From the human T2T-CHM13v2.0 reference genome, Homo sapiens: a stretch of DNA of 64,000 bases. Every line of letters begins with the position of its first letter. Position 1 is the stretch's first letter. Under the pieces are notes generated by a model. The model saw nothing but the letters and a program-made list of their open reading frames with translations, was not told where the DNA came from and did not search any database. Below, piece by piece: positions 25,729 through 38,700 of the stretch. The position numbers were made by a program, and so were the translations under genes. The stretch is taken from the NCBI RefSeq assembly GCF_009914755.1, contig NC_060941.1. One strand, given 5' to 3'.

Positions 25729-28700
25729 GGAGCAGTTTGGAAACACACTATCTGTAGGATCTGCAAGCGGATACTTGGGCCTCCCTGAGGATTTCGTTGG
25801 AAACGGGATAAACCGCACAGAACTAAACAGAAGCATTCTCAGAACCTTCTTCCTGATGTTTGCATTCAACCCACAGTGTTGAACCTTTCTTTGATAGTTC
25901 AGGTTTGAAACACTCTTTTTGTAGAAACTGCAAGTGGATAACTGCACTTCTTTGAGGCCTATCGTAGTAAAGGAAATAACTTCCTATAAAAACAAGACAG
26001 AAGCTTTCTCAGAAAATTCTCTGAGATGATTGAGTTGAACTCACAGAGAAGTACTTTCCTTGGGATGGAGTAGTTTCGAAACACACTTTCTGTAGAATCT
26101 GCAAGTGGATATTTGGACCTGTCTGAGGAATTCGTTGCAAACGGGATAATTTCAGCTAAGTAAACAGAAGCAGTCTCAGAATCTTCTTGTGATGTTTGCA
26201 TTCAAATCCCAGAATTGAACCTTCCTTTGAAAGTTCAGGTTGGAAACACTCTTTTTGCAGGATCTACAAGTGGATATTCGGACCACTCTGTGGACTTCGT
26301 TCGAAACGGGTATATCTTCACATAACATCTAGACAGAAGCATTCTCAGAAACTTTTCTGTGATGACTGCATTCAACTCACAGAGTTGAACACTCCTTTTG
26401 AGAGCGCAGTTTGGAAACTCTCTTTCTCTGGAATCTGCAAGGGGACATGCAGACCTCCTTGAAGGTTTCGTTGGAAACGGAATCATCTTCACATAAAATT
26501 ACACAGAAGCATCCTCAGGAACTCCTTGGTGATGTTTGTATTCAACTTCCAGAGTTGAACTTTCCTTCGGAAAGAGCAGCTATGAAACACTCTTTTTCTA
26601 GAATCTGCAAGTGGACATTGGGAGGGCTGTGAGGTTTGTGGTGGAAAAGGAAATATCTCCACATAAATACTAGATAGAAGCCTTCTCAGAAACTCCTTTG
26701 TGATGATTGCATTCACCTCACGGAGTGGAGCATTCCTATTGACAGAACAGTTTGGAAACACTCTTGTTGTAGAATCTCCTAGTGGAGATTTGGAGCGCTT
26801 TGAGGCCTATGGTAGTAAAGGGAAGAGCTTCACATAAAATCTAGACAGAAGCATTCTCAGAAAATACTTTGTGATGATTGAGTTTAACACACAGAGCTGA
26901 ACATTCCTTTGGATGGAGAAGGTTTGAAACACACTTTCTGTAGAATCTGCGAGTGGATATTTGGACCTCTCTGAGGATTTCGTTGGAAACGGGATAACTG
27001 CACCTAACTAAACGGAAGCATTCTCACAAAATTCTTTGTGATGTTTGCATTCAAATCCCAGAGTTGAACCTTCCTTTGATAGTTCAGCTTTGAAACACAC
27101 TTTTTGTAGGATCTGCAAGTGGATACTTGGACCACTCTTTGGCCTTCGTTCGAAACGGGTACATCTTCAAATAAAATCTAGACAGAAGCCTTCTCAGAAA
27201 CTTCTCTGTGACGATTGCATTCAACTCAAAGCGTTGAACCCTCCTATGGATAGAGCAGTTTTGAATCTCTCTTTTTGTGGAATCTTCAAGTGGATGTGTG
27301 GTCCTCTTTGAAGATGTCTTTGGAAACGGGAATATCTTCACATAAAAACTAAACAGAAGCATTCTCAGAAACTTCTCTGTGATGTTTGTGTTCAACTCAC
27401 AGAGTTTCACGTTGCTTTTCATAGAGCAGATGAGAAACATGCTTTTCGTAGGGTCTGCAAGTGGACATTTGGAGAGATTTCAGGCCTGTGGTGGAAAACG
27501 AATTATCGTCACGTAAAAACTAGAGAGAAGCATTGTCAGAAACTTGTTTGTGATGACTGCATTCCACTCACAGAGTTGAAGGTTCCTTTTCAAACAGCAG
27601 TTTCCAAACACTCTTTCTGTGGCATCTGCAAGTGGATGTTTGGGCCTCTTTGAAGATTTCGTTGGAAACGGGATAATCTTCACAGAAAAGCTAAACAGAA
27701 GCATTCTCAGAAACTTCTTTGTGATGTTTGCTTTCAACTCACAGAGTTGAACTTTCCTTTTGAGAGAGAAGCTTTGAAACACTCTTTTTCTAGAATCTGC
27801 AAGTGGATATTTGGAGGGCTTTGAGGCCTGAGGTGGAAAAGGAATTATCTTCCCGTAAGAACTAGATAGATGAATTCTCAGAAACTACTTTGTGACGATT
27901 GCATTCAAGTCACAGAGGTGAACATTCCCTTTCAGAGAGCACTTTGGAAACCCTCGTTGTGTAGAATCTGCAAGTGGAGATATGGACCGCTTTGAGGCCT
28001 ATGGTAGTAAAGGAAACAGCTTCATATAAAAACTAGACAGCAGCATTCTCAGAAAACTCTTTGTGACGACTGAGTTTAACTCACAGGGCTGAACATTCCT
28101 TTGGATGGAGCAGTTTGGAAACACACTATCTGTAGGATCTGCAAGCGGATACTTGGGCCTCCCTGAGGATTTCGTATGAAACGGGATAAACCGCACAGAA
28201 CTAAACAGAAGCATTCTCAGAACCTTCTTCGTGATGTTTGCATTCAACCCACAGTGTTGAACCTTTCTTTGATAGTTCAGGTTTGAAACACTCTTTTTGT
28301 AGAAACTGGAAGAGGATAACTACACTTCTTTGAGGCCTATCGTAGTAAAGGAAATAACTTCCTATAAAAACAAGACAGAAGCTTTCTCAGAAAATTCTCT
28401 GGGATGATTGAGTTGAACTCACAGAGCAGTACTTTCCTTGGGATGGAGTAGTTTCCAAACACACTTTCTGTAGAATCTGCAAGTGGATATTTGGACCTGT
28501 CTGAGGAATTCGTTGCAAACGGGATAATTTCAGCTAAGTAAACAGAAGCAGTCTCAGAATCTTCTTGTGATGTTTGCATTCAAATCCCAGAATTGAACCT
28601 TCCTTTGAAAGTTCAGGTTGGAAACACTCTTTTTGCAGGATCTACAAGTGGATATTCGGACCACTCTGTGGACTTCGTTCGAAATGGGTATATCTTCACA

Positions 28701-31700
28701 TAACATCTAGACAGAAGCATTCTCAGAAACTTTTCTGTGATGACTGCATTCAACTCACAGAGTTGAACACTCCTTTTGAGAGCGCAGTTTTGAAACTCTC
28801 TTTCTCTGGAATCTGCAAGGGGACATGCAGACCTCTTTGAAGGTTTCGTTGGAAACGGAATCATCTTCACATAAAAATTACACAGAAGCATCCTCAGGAA
28901 CTCCTTGGTGATGTTTGTATTCAACTTCCAGAGTTGAACTTTCCTTCGGAAAGAGCAGCTATGAAACACTCTTTTTCTAGAATCTGCAAGTGGACATTGG
29001 GAGGGCTGTGAGGTTTGTGGTGGAAAAGGAAATATCTCCACATAAATACTAGATAGAAGCCTTCTCAGAAACTCCTTTGTGATGATTGCATTCACCTCAC
29101 GGAGTGGAGCATTCCTATTGACAGAGCAGTTTGGAAACACTCTTGTTGTAGAATCTCCTAGTGGAGATTTGGAGCGCTTTGAGGCCTATGGTAGTAAAGG
29201 GAAGAGCTTCACATAAAATCTAGACAGAAGCATTCTCAGAAAATACTTTGTGATGATTGAGTTTAACACACAGAGCTGAACATTCCTTTGGATGGAGAAG
29301 GTTTGAAACACACTTTCTGTAGAATCTGCGAGTGGATATTTGGACCTCTCTGAGGATTTCGTTGGAAACGGGATAACTGCACCTAACTAAACGGAAGCAT
29401 TCTCACAAAATTCTTTGTGATGTTTGCATTCAAATCCCAGAGTTGAACCTTCCTTTGATAGTTCAGCTTTGAAACACTCTTTTTGTAGGATCTGCAGGTG
29501 GATATTTGGACCACTCTTTGGCCTTCGTTCGAAACGGGTACATCTTCAAATAAAATCTAGACAGAAGCCTTCTCAGAAACTTCTCTGTGACGATTGCATT
29601 CAACTCAAAGAGTTGAACCCTCCTATGGATAGAGCAGTTTTGAATCTCTCTTTTTGTGGAATCTGCAAGTGGATATGTGGTCCTCTTTGAAGATGTCTTT
29701 GGAAACGGGAATATCTTCACATAAAAACTAAACAGAAGCATTCTCAGAAACTTCTCTGTGATGTTTGTGTTCAACTCACAGAGTTTCACGTTGCTTTTCA
29801 TAGAGCAGATGAGAAACATGCTTTTCGTAGGGTCTGCAAGTGGACATTTGGAGAGATTTCAGGCCTGTGGTGGAAAACGAATTATCGTCACGTAAAAACT
29901 AGAGAGAAGCATTGTCAGAAACTTGTTTGTGATGACTGCATTCAACTCACAGAGTTGAAGGTTCCTTTTCAAACAGCAGTTTCCAAACACTCTTTCTGTG
30001 GCATCTGCAAGTGGATGTTTGGGCCTCTTTGAAGATTTCGTTGGAAACGGGATAATCTTCACAGAAAAGCTAAACAGAAGCATTCTCAGAAACTTCTTTG
30101 TGATGTTTGCTTTCAACTCACAGAGTTGAACTTTCCTTTTGAGAGAGAAGCTTTGAAACACTCTTTTTCTAGAATCTGCAAGTGGATATTTGGAGGGCTT
30201 TGAGGCCTGTGGTGGAAAAGGAATTATCTTCCCGTAAGAACTAGATAGATGCATTCTCAGAAACTACTTTGTGACGATTGCATTCAAGTCACAGAGGTGA
30301 ACATTCCCTTTCAGAGAGCACTTTGGAAACCCTCGTTGTGTAGAATCTGCAAGTGGAGATATGGACCGCTTTGAGGCCTATGGTAGTAAAGGAAACAGCT
30401 TCATATAAAAACTAGACAGCAGCATTCTCAGAAAACTCTTTGTGACGACTGAGTTTAACTCACAGGGCTGAACATTCCTTTGGATGGAGCAGTTTGGAAA
30501 CACACTATCTGTAGGATCTGCAAGCGGATACTTGGGCCTCTCTGAGGATTTCGTTGGAAACGGAATAAACCGCACAGAACTAAACAGAAGCATTCTCAGA
30601 ACCTTCTTCGTGATGTTTGCATTCAACCCACAGTGTTGAACCTTTCTTTGATAGTTCAGGTTTGAAACACTCTTTTTGTAGAAACTGCAAGTGGATAACT
30701 GCACTTCTTTGAGGCCTATCATAGTAAAGGAAATAACTTCCTATAAAAACAAGACAGAAGCTTTCTCAGAAAATTCTCTGGGATGATTGAGTTGAACTCA
30801 CAGAGCAGTACTTTCCTTGGGATGGAGTAGTTTCGAAACACACTTTCTGTAGAATCTGCAAGTGGATATTTGGACCTGTCTGAGGAATTCGTTGCAAACG
30901 GGATAATTTCAGCTAAGTAAACAGAAGCAGTCTCAGAATCTTCTTGTGATGTTTGCATTCAAATCCCAGAATTGAACCTTCCTTTGAAAGTTCAGGTTGG
31001 AAACACTCTTTTTGCAGGATCTACAAGTGGATATTCGGACCACTCTGTGGACTTCGTTCGAAATGGGTATATCTTCACATAACATCTAGACAGAAGCATT
31101 CTCAGAAACTTTTCTGTGATGACTGCATTCAACTCACAGAGTTGAACACTCCTTTTGAGAGCGCAGTTTTGAAACTCTCTTTCTCTGGAATCTGCAAGGG
31201 GACATGCAGACCTCTTTGAAGGTTTCGTTGGAAACGGAATCATCTTCACATAAAAATTACACAGAAGCATCCTCAGGAACTCCTTGGTGATGTTTGTATT
31301 CAACTTCCAGAGTTGAACTTTCCTTCGGAAAGAGCAGCTATGAAACACTCTTTTTCTAGAATCTGCAAGTGGACATTGGGAGGGCTGTGAGGTTTGTGGT
31401 GGAAAAGGAAATATCTCCACATAAATACTAGATAGAAGCCTTCTCAGAAACTCCTTTGTGATGATTGCATTCACCTCACGGAGTGGAGCACTCCTATTGA
31501 CAGAGCAGTTTGGAAACACTCTTGTTGTAGAATCTCCTAGTGGAGATTTGGAGCGCTTTGAGGCCTATGGTAGTAAAGGGAAGAGCTTCACATAAAATCT
31601 AGACAGAAGCATTCTCAGAAAATACTTTGTGATGATTGAGTTTAACACACAGAGCTGAACATTCCTTTGGATGGAGAAGGTTTGAAACACACTTTCTGTA

Positions 31701-32709
31701 GAATCTGCGAGTGGATATTTGGACCTCTCTGAGGATTTCGTTGGAAACGGGATAACTGCACCTAACTAAACGGAAGCATTCTCACAAAATTCTTTGTGAT
31801 GTTTGCATTCAAATCCCAGAGTTGAACCTTCCTTTGATAGTTCAGCTTTGAAACACTCTTTTTGTAGGATCTGCAGGTGGATATTTGGACCACTCTTTGG
31901 CCTTCGTTCGAAACGGGTACATCTTCAAATAAAATCTAGACAGAAGCCTTCTCAGAAACTTCTCTGTGACGATTGCATTCAACTCAAAGAGTTGAACCCT
32001 CCTATGGATAGAGCAGTTTTTAATCTCTCTTTTTGTGGAATCTGCAAGTGGATATGTGGTCCTCTTTGAAGATGTCTTTGGAAACGGGAATATCTTCACA
32101 TAAAAACTAAACAGAAGCATTCTCAGAAACTTCTCTGTGATGTTTGTGTTCAACTCACAGAGTTTCACGTTGCTTTTCATAGAGCAGATGAGAAACATGC
32201 TTTTCGTAGGGTCTGCAAGTGGACATTTGGAGAGATTTCAGGCCTGTGGTGGAAAACGAATTATCGTCACGTAAAAACTAGAGAGAAGCATTGTCAGAAA
32301 CTTGTTTGTGATGACTGCATTCCACTCACAGAGTTGAAGGTTCCTTTTCAAACAGCAGTTTCCAAACACTCTTTCTGTGGCATCTGCAAGTGGATGTTTG
32401 GGCCTCTTTGAAGATTTCGTTGGAAACGGGATAATCTTCACAGAAAAGCTAAACAGAAGCATTCTCAGAAACTTCTTTGTGATGTTTGCTTTCAACTCAC
32501 AGAGTTGAACTTTCCTTTTGAGGGAGAAGCTTTGAAACACTCTTTTTCTAGAATCTGCAAGTGGATATTTGGAGGGCTTTGAGGCCTGTGGTGGAAGAGG
32601 AATTATCTTCCCGTAAGAACTAGATAGATGCATTCTCAGAAACTACTTTGTGACGATTGCATTCAAGTCACAGAGGTGAACATTCCCTTTCAGAGAGCAC
32701 TTTGGAAAC

Positions 32710-35700
32710 CCTCGTTGTGTAGAATCTGCAAGTGGAGATATGGACCGCTTTGAGGCCTATGGTAGTAAAGGAAACAGCTTCATATAAAAACTAGACAGCA
32801 GCATTCTCAGAAAACTCTTTGTGACGACTGAGTTTAACTCACAGGGCTGAACATTCCTTTGGATGGAGCAGTTTGGAAACACACTATCTGTAGGATCTGC
32901 AAGCGGATACTTGGGCCTCTCTGAGGATTTCGTTGGAAACGGAATAAACCGCACAGAACTAAACAGAAGCATTCTCAGAACCTTCTTCGTGATGTTTGCA
33001 TTCAACCCACAGTGTTGAACCTTTCTTTGATAGTTCAGGTTTGAAACACTCTTTTTGTAGAAACTGCAAGTGGATAACTGCACTTCTTTGAGGCCTATCG
33101 TAGTAAAGGAAATAACTTCCTATAAAAACAAGACAGAAGCTTTCTCAGAAAATTCTCTGGGATGATTGAGTTGAACTCACAGAGCAGTACTTTCCTTGGG
33201 ATGGAGTAGTTTCGAAACACCCTTTCTGTAGAATCTGCAAGTGGATATTTGGACCTGTCTGAGGAATTCGTTGCAAACGGGATAATTTCAGCTAAGTAAA
33301 CAGAAGCAGTCTCAGAATCTTCTTGTGATGTTTGCATTCAAATCCCAGAATTGAACCTTCCTTTGAAAGTTCAGGTTGGAAACACTCTTTTTGCAGGATC
33401 TACAAGTGGATATTCGGACCACTCTGTGGACTTCGTTCGAAATGGGTATATCTTCACATAACATCTAGACAGAAGCATTCTCAGAAACTTTTCTGTGATG
33501 ACTGCATTCAACTCACAGAGTTGAACACTCCTTTTGAGAGCGCAGTTTTGAAACTCTCTTTCTCTGGAATCTGCAAGGGGACATGCAGACCTCTTTGAAG
33601 GTTTCGTTGGAAACGGAATCATCTTCACATAAAAATTACACAGAAGCATCCTCAGGAACTCCTTGGTGATGTTTGTATTCAACTTCCAGAGTTGAACTTT
33701 CCTTCGGAAAGAGCAGCTATGAAACACTCTTTTTCTAGAATCTGCAAGTGGACATTGGGAGGGCTGTGAGGTTTGTGGTGGAAAAGGAAATATCTCCACA
33801 TAAATACTAGATAGAAGCCTTCTCAGAAACTACTTTGTTATGATTGCATTCACCTCACGGAGTGGAGCATTCCTATTGACAGAGCAGTTTGGAAACACTC
33901 TTGTTGTAGAATCTCCTAGTGGAGATTTGGAGCGCTTTGAGGCCTATGGTAGTAAAGGGAAGAGCTTCACATAAAATCTAGACAGAAGCATTCTCAGAAA
34001 ATACTTTGTGACGATTGAGTTTAACACACAGAGCTGAACATTCCTTTGGATGGAGAAGGTTTGAAACACACTTTCTGTAGAATCTGCGAGTGGATATTTG
34101 GACCTCTCTGAGGTTTTCGTTGGAAACGGGATAACTGCACCTAACTAAACGGAAGCATTCTCACAAAATTCTTTGTGATGTTTGCATTCAAATCCCAGAG
34201 TTGAACCTTCCTTTGATAGTTCAGCTTTGAAACACTCTTTTTGTAGGATCTGCAGGTGGATATTTGGCCTACTCTTTGGCCTTCGTTCGAAACGGGTACA
34301 TCTTCAAATAAAATCTAGACAGAAGCCTTCTCAGAAACTTTTCTGTGACGATTGCATTCAACTCAAAGAGTTGAACCCTCCTATGGATAGAGCAGTTTTT
34401 AATCTCTCTTTTTGTGGAATCTGCAAGTGGATATGTGGTCCTCTTTGAAGATGTCTTTGGAAACGGGAATATCTTCACATAAAAACTAAACAGAAGCATT
34501 CTCAGAAACTTCTCTGTGATGTTTGTGTTCAACTCACAGAGTTTCACGTTGCTTTTCATAGAGCAGATGAGAAACATGCTTTTCGTAGGGTCTGCAAGTG
34601 GACATTTGGAGAGATTTCAGGCCTGTGGTGCAAAACGAATTATCGTCACGTAAAAACTAGAGAGAAGCATTGTCAGAAACTTGTTTGTGATGACTGCATT
34701 CCACTCAAAGAGTTGAAGATTCCTTTTCAAACAGCAGTTTCCAAACACTCTTTCTGTGGCATCTGCAAGTGGATGTTTGGGCCTCTTTGAAGATTTCGTT
34801 GGAAACGGGATAATCTTCACAGAAAAGCTAAACAGAAGCATTCTCAGAAACTTCTTTGTGATGTTCGCTTTCAACTCACAGAGTTGAACTTTCCTTTTGA
34901 GAGAGAAGCTTTGAAACACTCTTTTTCTAGAATCTGCAAGTGGATATTTGGAGGGCTTTGAGGCCTGTGGTGGAAAAGGAATTATCTTCCCGTAAGAACT
35001 AGATAGATGCATTCTCAGAAACTACTTTGTGACGATTGCATTCAAGTCACAGAGGTGAACATTTCCTTTCAGAGAGCACTTTGGAAACCCTCGTTGTGTA
35101 GAATCTGCAAGTGGAGATATGGACCGCTTTGAGGCCTATGGTAGTAAAGGAAACAGCTTCATATAAAAACTAGACAGCAGCATTCTCAGAAAACTCTTTG
35201 TGACGACTGAGTTTAACTCACAGGGCTGCACATTCCTTTGGATGGAGCAGTTTGGAAACACACTATCTGTAGGATCTGCAAGCGGATACTTGGGCCTCTC
35301 TGAGGATTTCGTTGGAAACGGAATAAACCGCACAGAACTAAACAGAAGCATTCTCAGAACCTTCTTCGTGATGTTTGCATTCAACCCACAGTGTTGAACC
35401 TTTCTTTGATAGTTCAGGTTTGAAACACTCTTTTTGTAGAAACTGCAAGTGGATAACTGCACTTCTTTGAGGCCTATCGTAGTAAAGGAAATAACTTCCT
35501 ATAAAAACAAGACAGAAGCTTTCTCAGAAAATTCTCTGAGATGATTGAGTTGAACTCACAGAGCAGTACTTTCCTTGGGATGGAGTAGTTTCGAAACACA
35601 CTTTCTGTAGAATCTGCAAGTGGATATTTGGACCTGTCTGAGGAATTCGTTGCAAACGGGATAATTTCAGCTAAGTAAACAGAAGCAGTCTCAGAATCTT

Positions 35701-38700
35701 CTTGTGATGTTTGCATTCAAATCCCAGAATTGAACCTTCCTTTGAAAGTTCAGGTTGGAAACACTCTTTTTGCAGGATCTACAAGTGGATATTCGGACCA
35801 CTCTGTGGACTTCGTTCGAAAGGGGTATATCTTCACATAACATCTAGACAGAAGCATTCTCAGAAACTTTTCTGTGATGACTGCATTCAACTCAGAGAGT
35901 TGAACACTCCTTTTGAGAGCGCAGTTTTGAAACTCTCTTTCTCTGGAATCTGCAAGGGGACATGCAGACCTCTTTGAAGGTTTCGTTGGAAACGGAATCA
36001 TCTTCACATAAAAATTACACAGAAGCATCCTCAGGAACTCCTTGGTGATGTTTGTATTCAACTTCCAGAGTTGAACTTTCCTTCGCAAAGAGCAGCTATG
36101 AAACACTCTTTTTCTAGAATCTGCAAGTGGACATTGGGAGGGCTGTGAGGTTTGTGGTGGAAAAGGAAATATCTCCACATAAATACTAGATAGAAGCCTT
36201 CTCAGAAACTCCTTTGTGATGATTGCATTCACCTCACGGAGTGGAGCATTCCTATTGACAGAGCAGTTTGGAAACACTCTTGTTGTAGAATCTCCTAGTG
36301 GAGATTTGGAGCGCTTTGAGGCCTATGGTAGTAAAGGGAAGAGCTTCACATAAAATCTAGACAGAAGCATTCTCAGAAAATACTTTGTGGTGATTGAGTT
36401 TAACACACAGAGCTGAACATTCCTTTGGATGGAGAAGGTTTGAAACACACTTTCTGTAGAATCTGCGAGTGGATATTTGGACCTCTCTGAGGATTTCGTT
36501 GGAAACGGGATAACTGCACCTAACTAAACGGAAGCATTCTCACAAAATTCTTTGTGATGTTTGCATTCAAATCCCAGAGTTGAACCTTCCTTTGATAGTT
36601 CAGCTTTGAAACACTCTTTTTGTAGGATCTGCAAGTGGATATTTGGACCACTCTTTGGCCTTCGTTCGAAACGGGTACATCTTCAAATAAAATCTAGACA
36701 GAAGCCTTCTCAGAAACTTCTCTGTGACGATTGCATTCAACTCAAAGAGTTGAACCCTCCTATGGATAGAGCAGTTTTGAATCTCTCTTTTTGTGGAATC
36801 TGCAAGTGGATATGTGGTCCTCTTTGAAGATGTCTTTGGAAACGGGAATATCTTCACATAAAAACTAAACAGAAGCATTCTCAGAAACTTCTCTGTGATG
36901 TTTGTGTTCAACTCACAGAGTTTCACGTTGCTTTTCATAGAGCAGATGAGAAACATGCTTTTCGTAGGGTCTGCAAGTGGACATTTGGAGAGCTTTCAGG
37001 CCTGTGGTGGAAAACGAATTATCGTCACGTAAAAACTAGAGAGAAGCATTGTCAGAAACTTGTTTGTGATGACTGCATTCAACTCACAGAGTTGAAGGTT
37101 CCTTTTCAAACAGCAGTTTCCAAACACTCTTTCTGTGGCATCTGCAAGTGGATGTTTGGGCCTCTTTGAAGATTTCGTTGGAAACGGGATAATCTTCACA
37201 GAAAAGCTAAACAGAAGCATTCTCAGAAACTTCTTTGTGATGTTTGCTTTCAACTCACAGAGTTGAACTTTCCTTTTGAGAGAGAAGCTTTGAAACACTC
37301 TTTTTCTAGAATCTGCAAGTGGATATTTGGAGGGCTTTGAGGCCTGTGGTGGAAAAGGAATTATCTTCCCGTAAGAACTAGATAGATGCATTCTCAGAAA
37401 CTACTTTGTGTCGATTGCATTCAAGTCACAGAGGTGAACATTCCCTTTCAGAGAGCACTTTGGAAACTCTCGTTGTGTAGAATCTGCAAGTGGAGATATG
37501 GACCGCTTTGAGGCCTATGGTAGTAAAGGAAACAGCTTCATATAAAAACTAGACAGCAGCATTCTCAGAAAACTCTTTGTGACGACTGAGTTTAACTCAC
37601 AGGGCTGAACATTCCTTTGGATGGAGCAGTTTGGAAACACACTATCTGTAGGATCTGCAAGCGGATACTTGGGCCTCTCTGAGGATTTCGTTGGAAACGG
37701 GATAAACCGCACAGAACTAAACAGAAGCATTCTCAGAACCTTCTTCGTGATGTTTGCATTCAACCCACAGTGTTGAACCTTTCTTTGATAGTTCAGGTTT
37801 GAAACACTCTTTTTGTAGAAACTGCAAGTGGATAACTGCACTTCTTTGAGGCCTATCTTAATAAAGGAAATAAATTCCTATAAAAACAAGACAGAAGCTT
37901 TCTCAGAAAATTCTCTGGGATGATTGAGTTGAACTCACAGAGCAGTACTTTCCTTGGGATGGAGTAGTTTCGAAACACACTTTCTGTAGAATCTACAAGT
38001 GGATATTTGGACCTGTCAGAGGAATTCGTTGCAAACGGGATAATTTCAGCTAAGTAAACAGAAGCAGTCTCAGAATCTTCTTGTGATGTTTGCATTCAAA
38101 TCCCAGAATTGAACCTTCCTTTGAAAGTTCAGGTTGGAAACACTCTTTTTCAGGATCTACAAGTGGATATTCGGACCACTCTGTGGACTTCGTTCGAAAC
38201 GGGTATATCTTCACATAACATCTAGACAGAAGCATTCTCAGAAACTTTTCTGTGATGACTGCATTCAACTCACAGAGTTGAACACTCCTTTTGAGAGCGC
38301 AGTTTTGAAACTCTCTTTCTCTGGAATCTGCAAGGGGACATGCAGACCTCTTTGAAGGTTTCGTTGGAAACGGAATCATCTTCACATAAAAATTACACAG
38401 AAGCATCCTCAGGAACTCCTTGGTGATGTTTGTATTCAACTTCCAGAGTTGAACTTTCCTTCGGAAAGAGCAGCTATGAAACACTCTTTTTCTAGAATCT
38501 GCAAGTGGACATTGGGAGGGCTGTGAGGTTTGTGGTGGAAAAGGAAATATCTCCACATAAATACTAGATAGAAGCCTTCTCAGAAACTACGTTGTGATGA
38601 TTGCATTCACCTCACGGAGTGGAGCATTCCTATTGACAGAGCAGTTTGGAAACACTCTTGTTGTAGAATCTCCTAGTGGAGATTTGGAGCGCTTTGAGGC

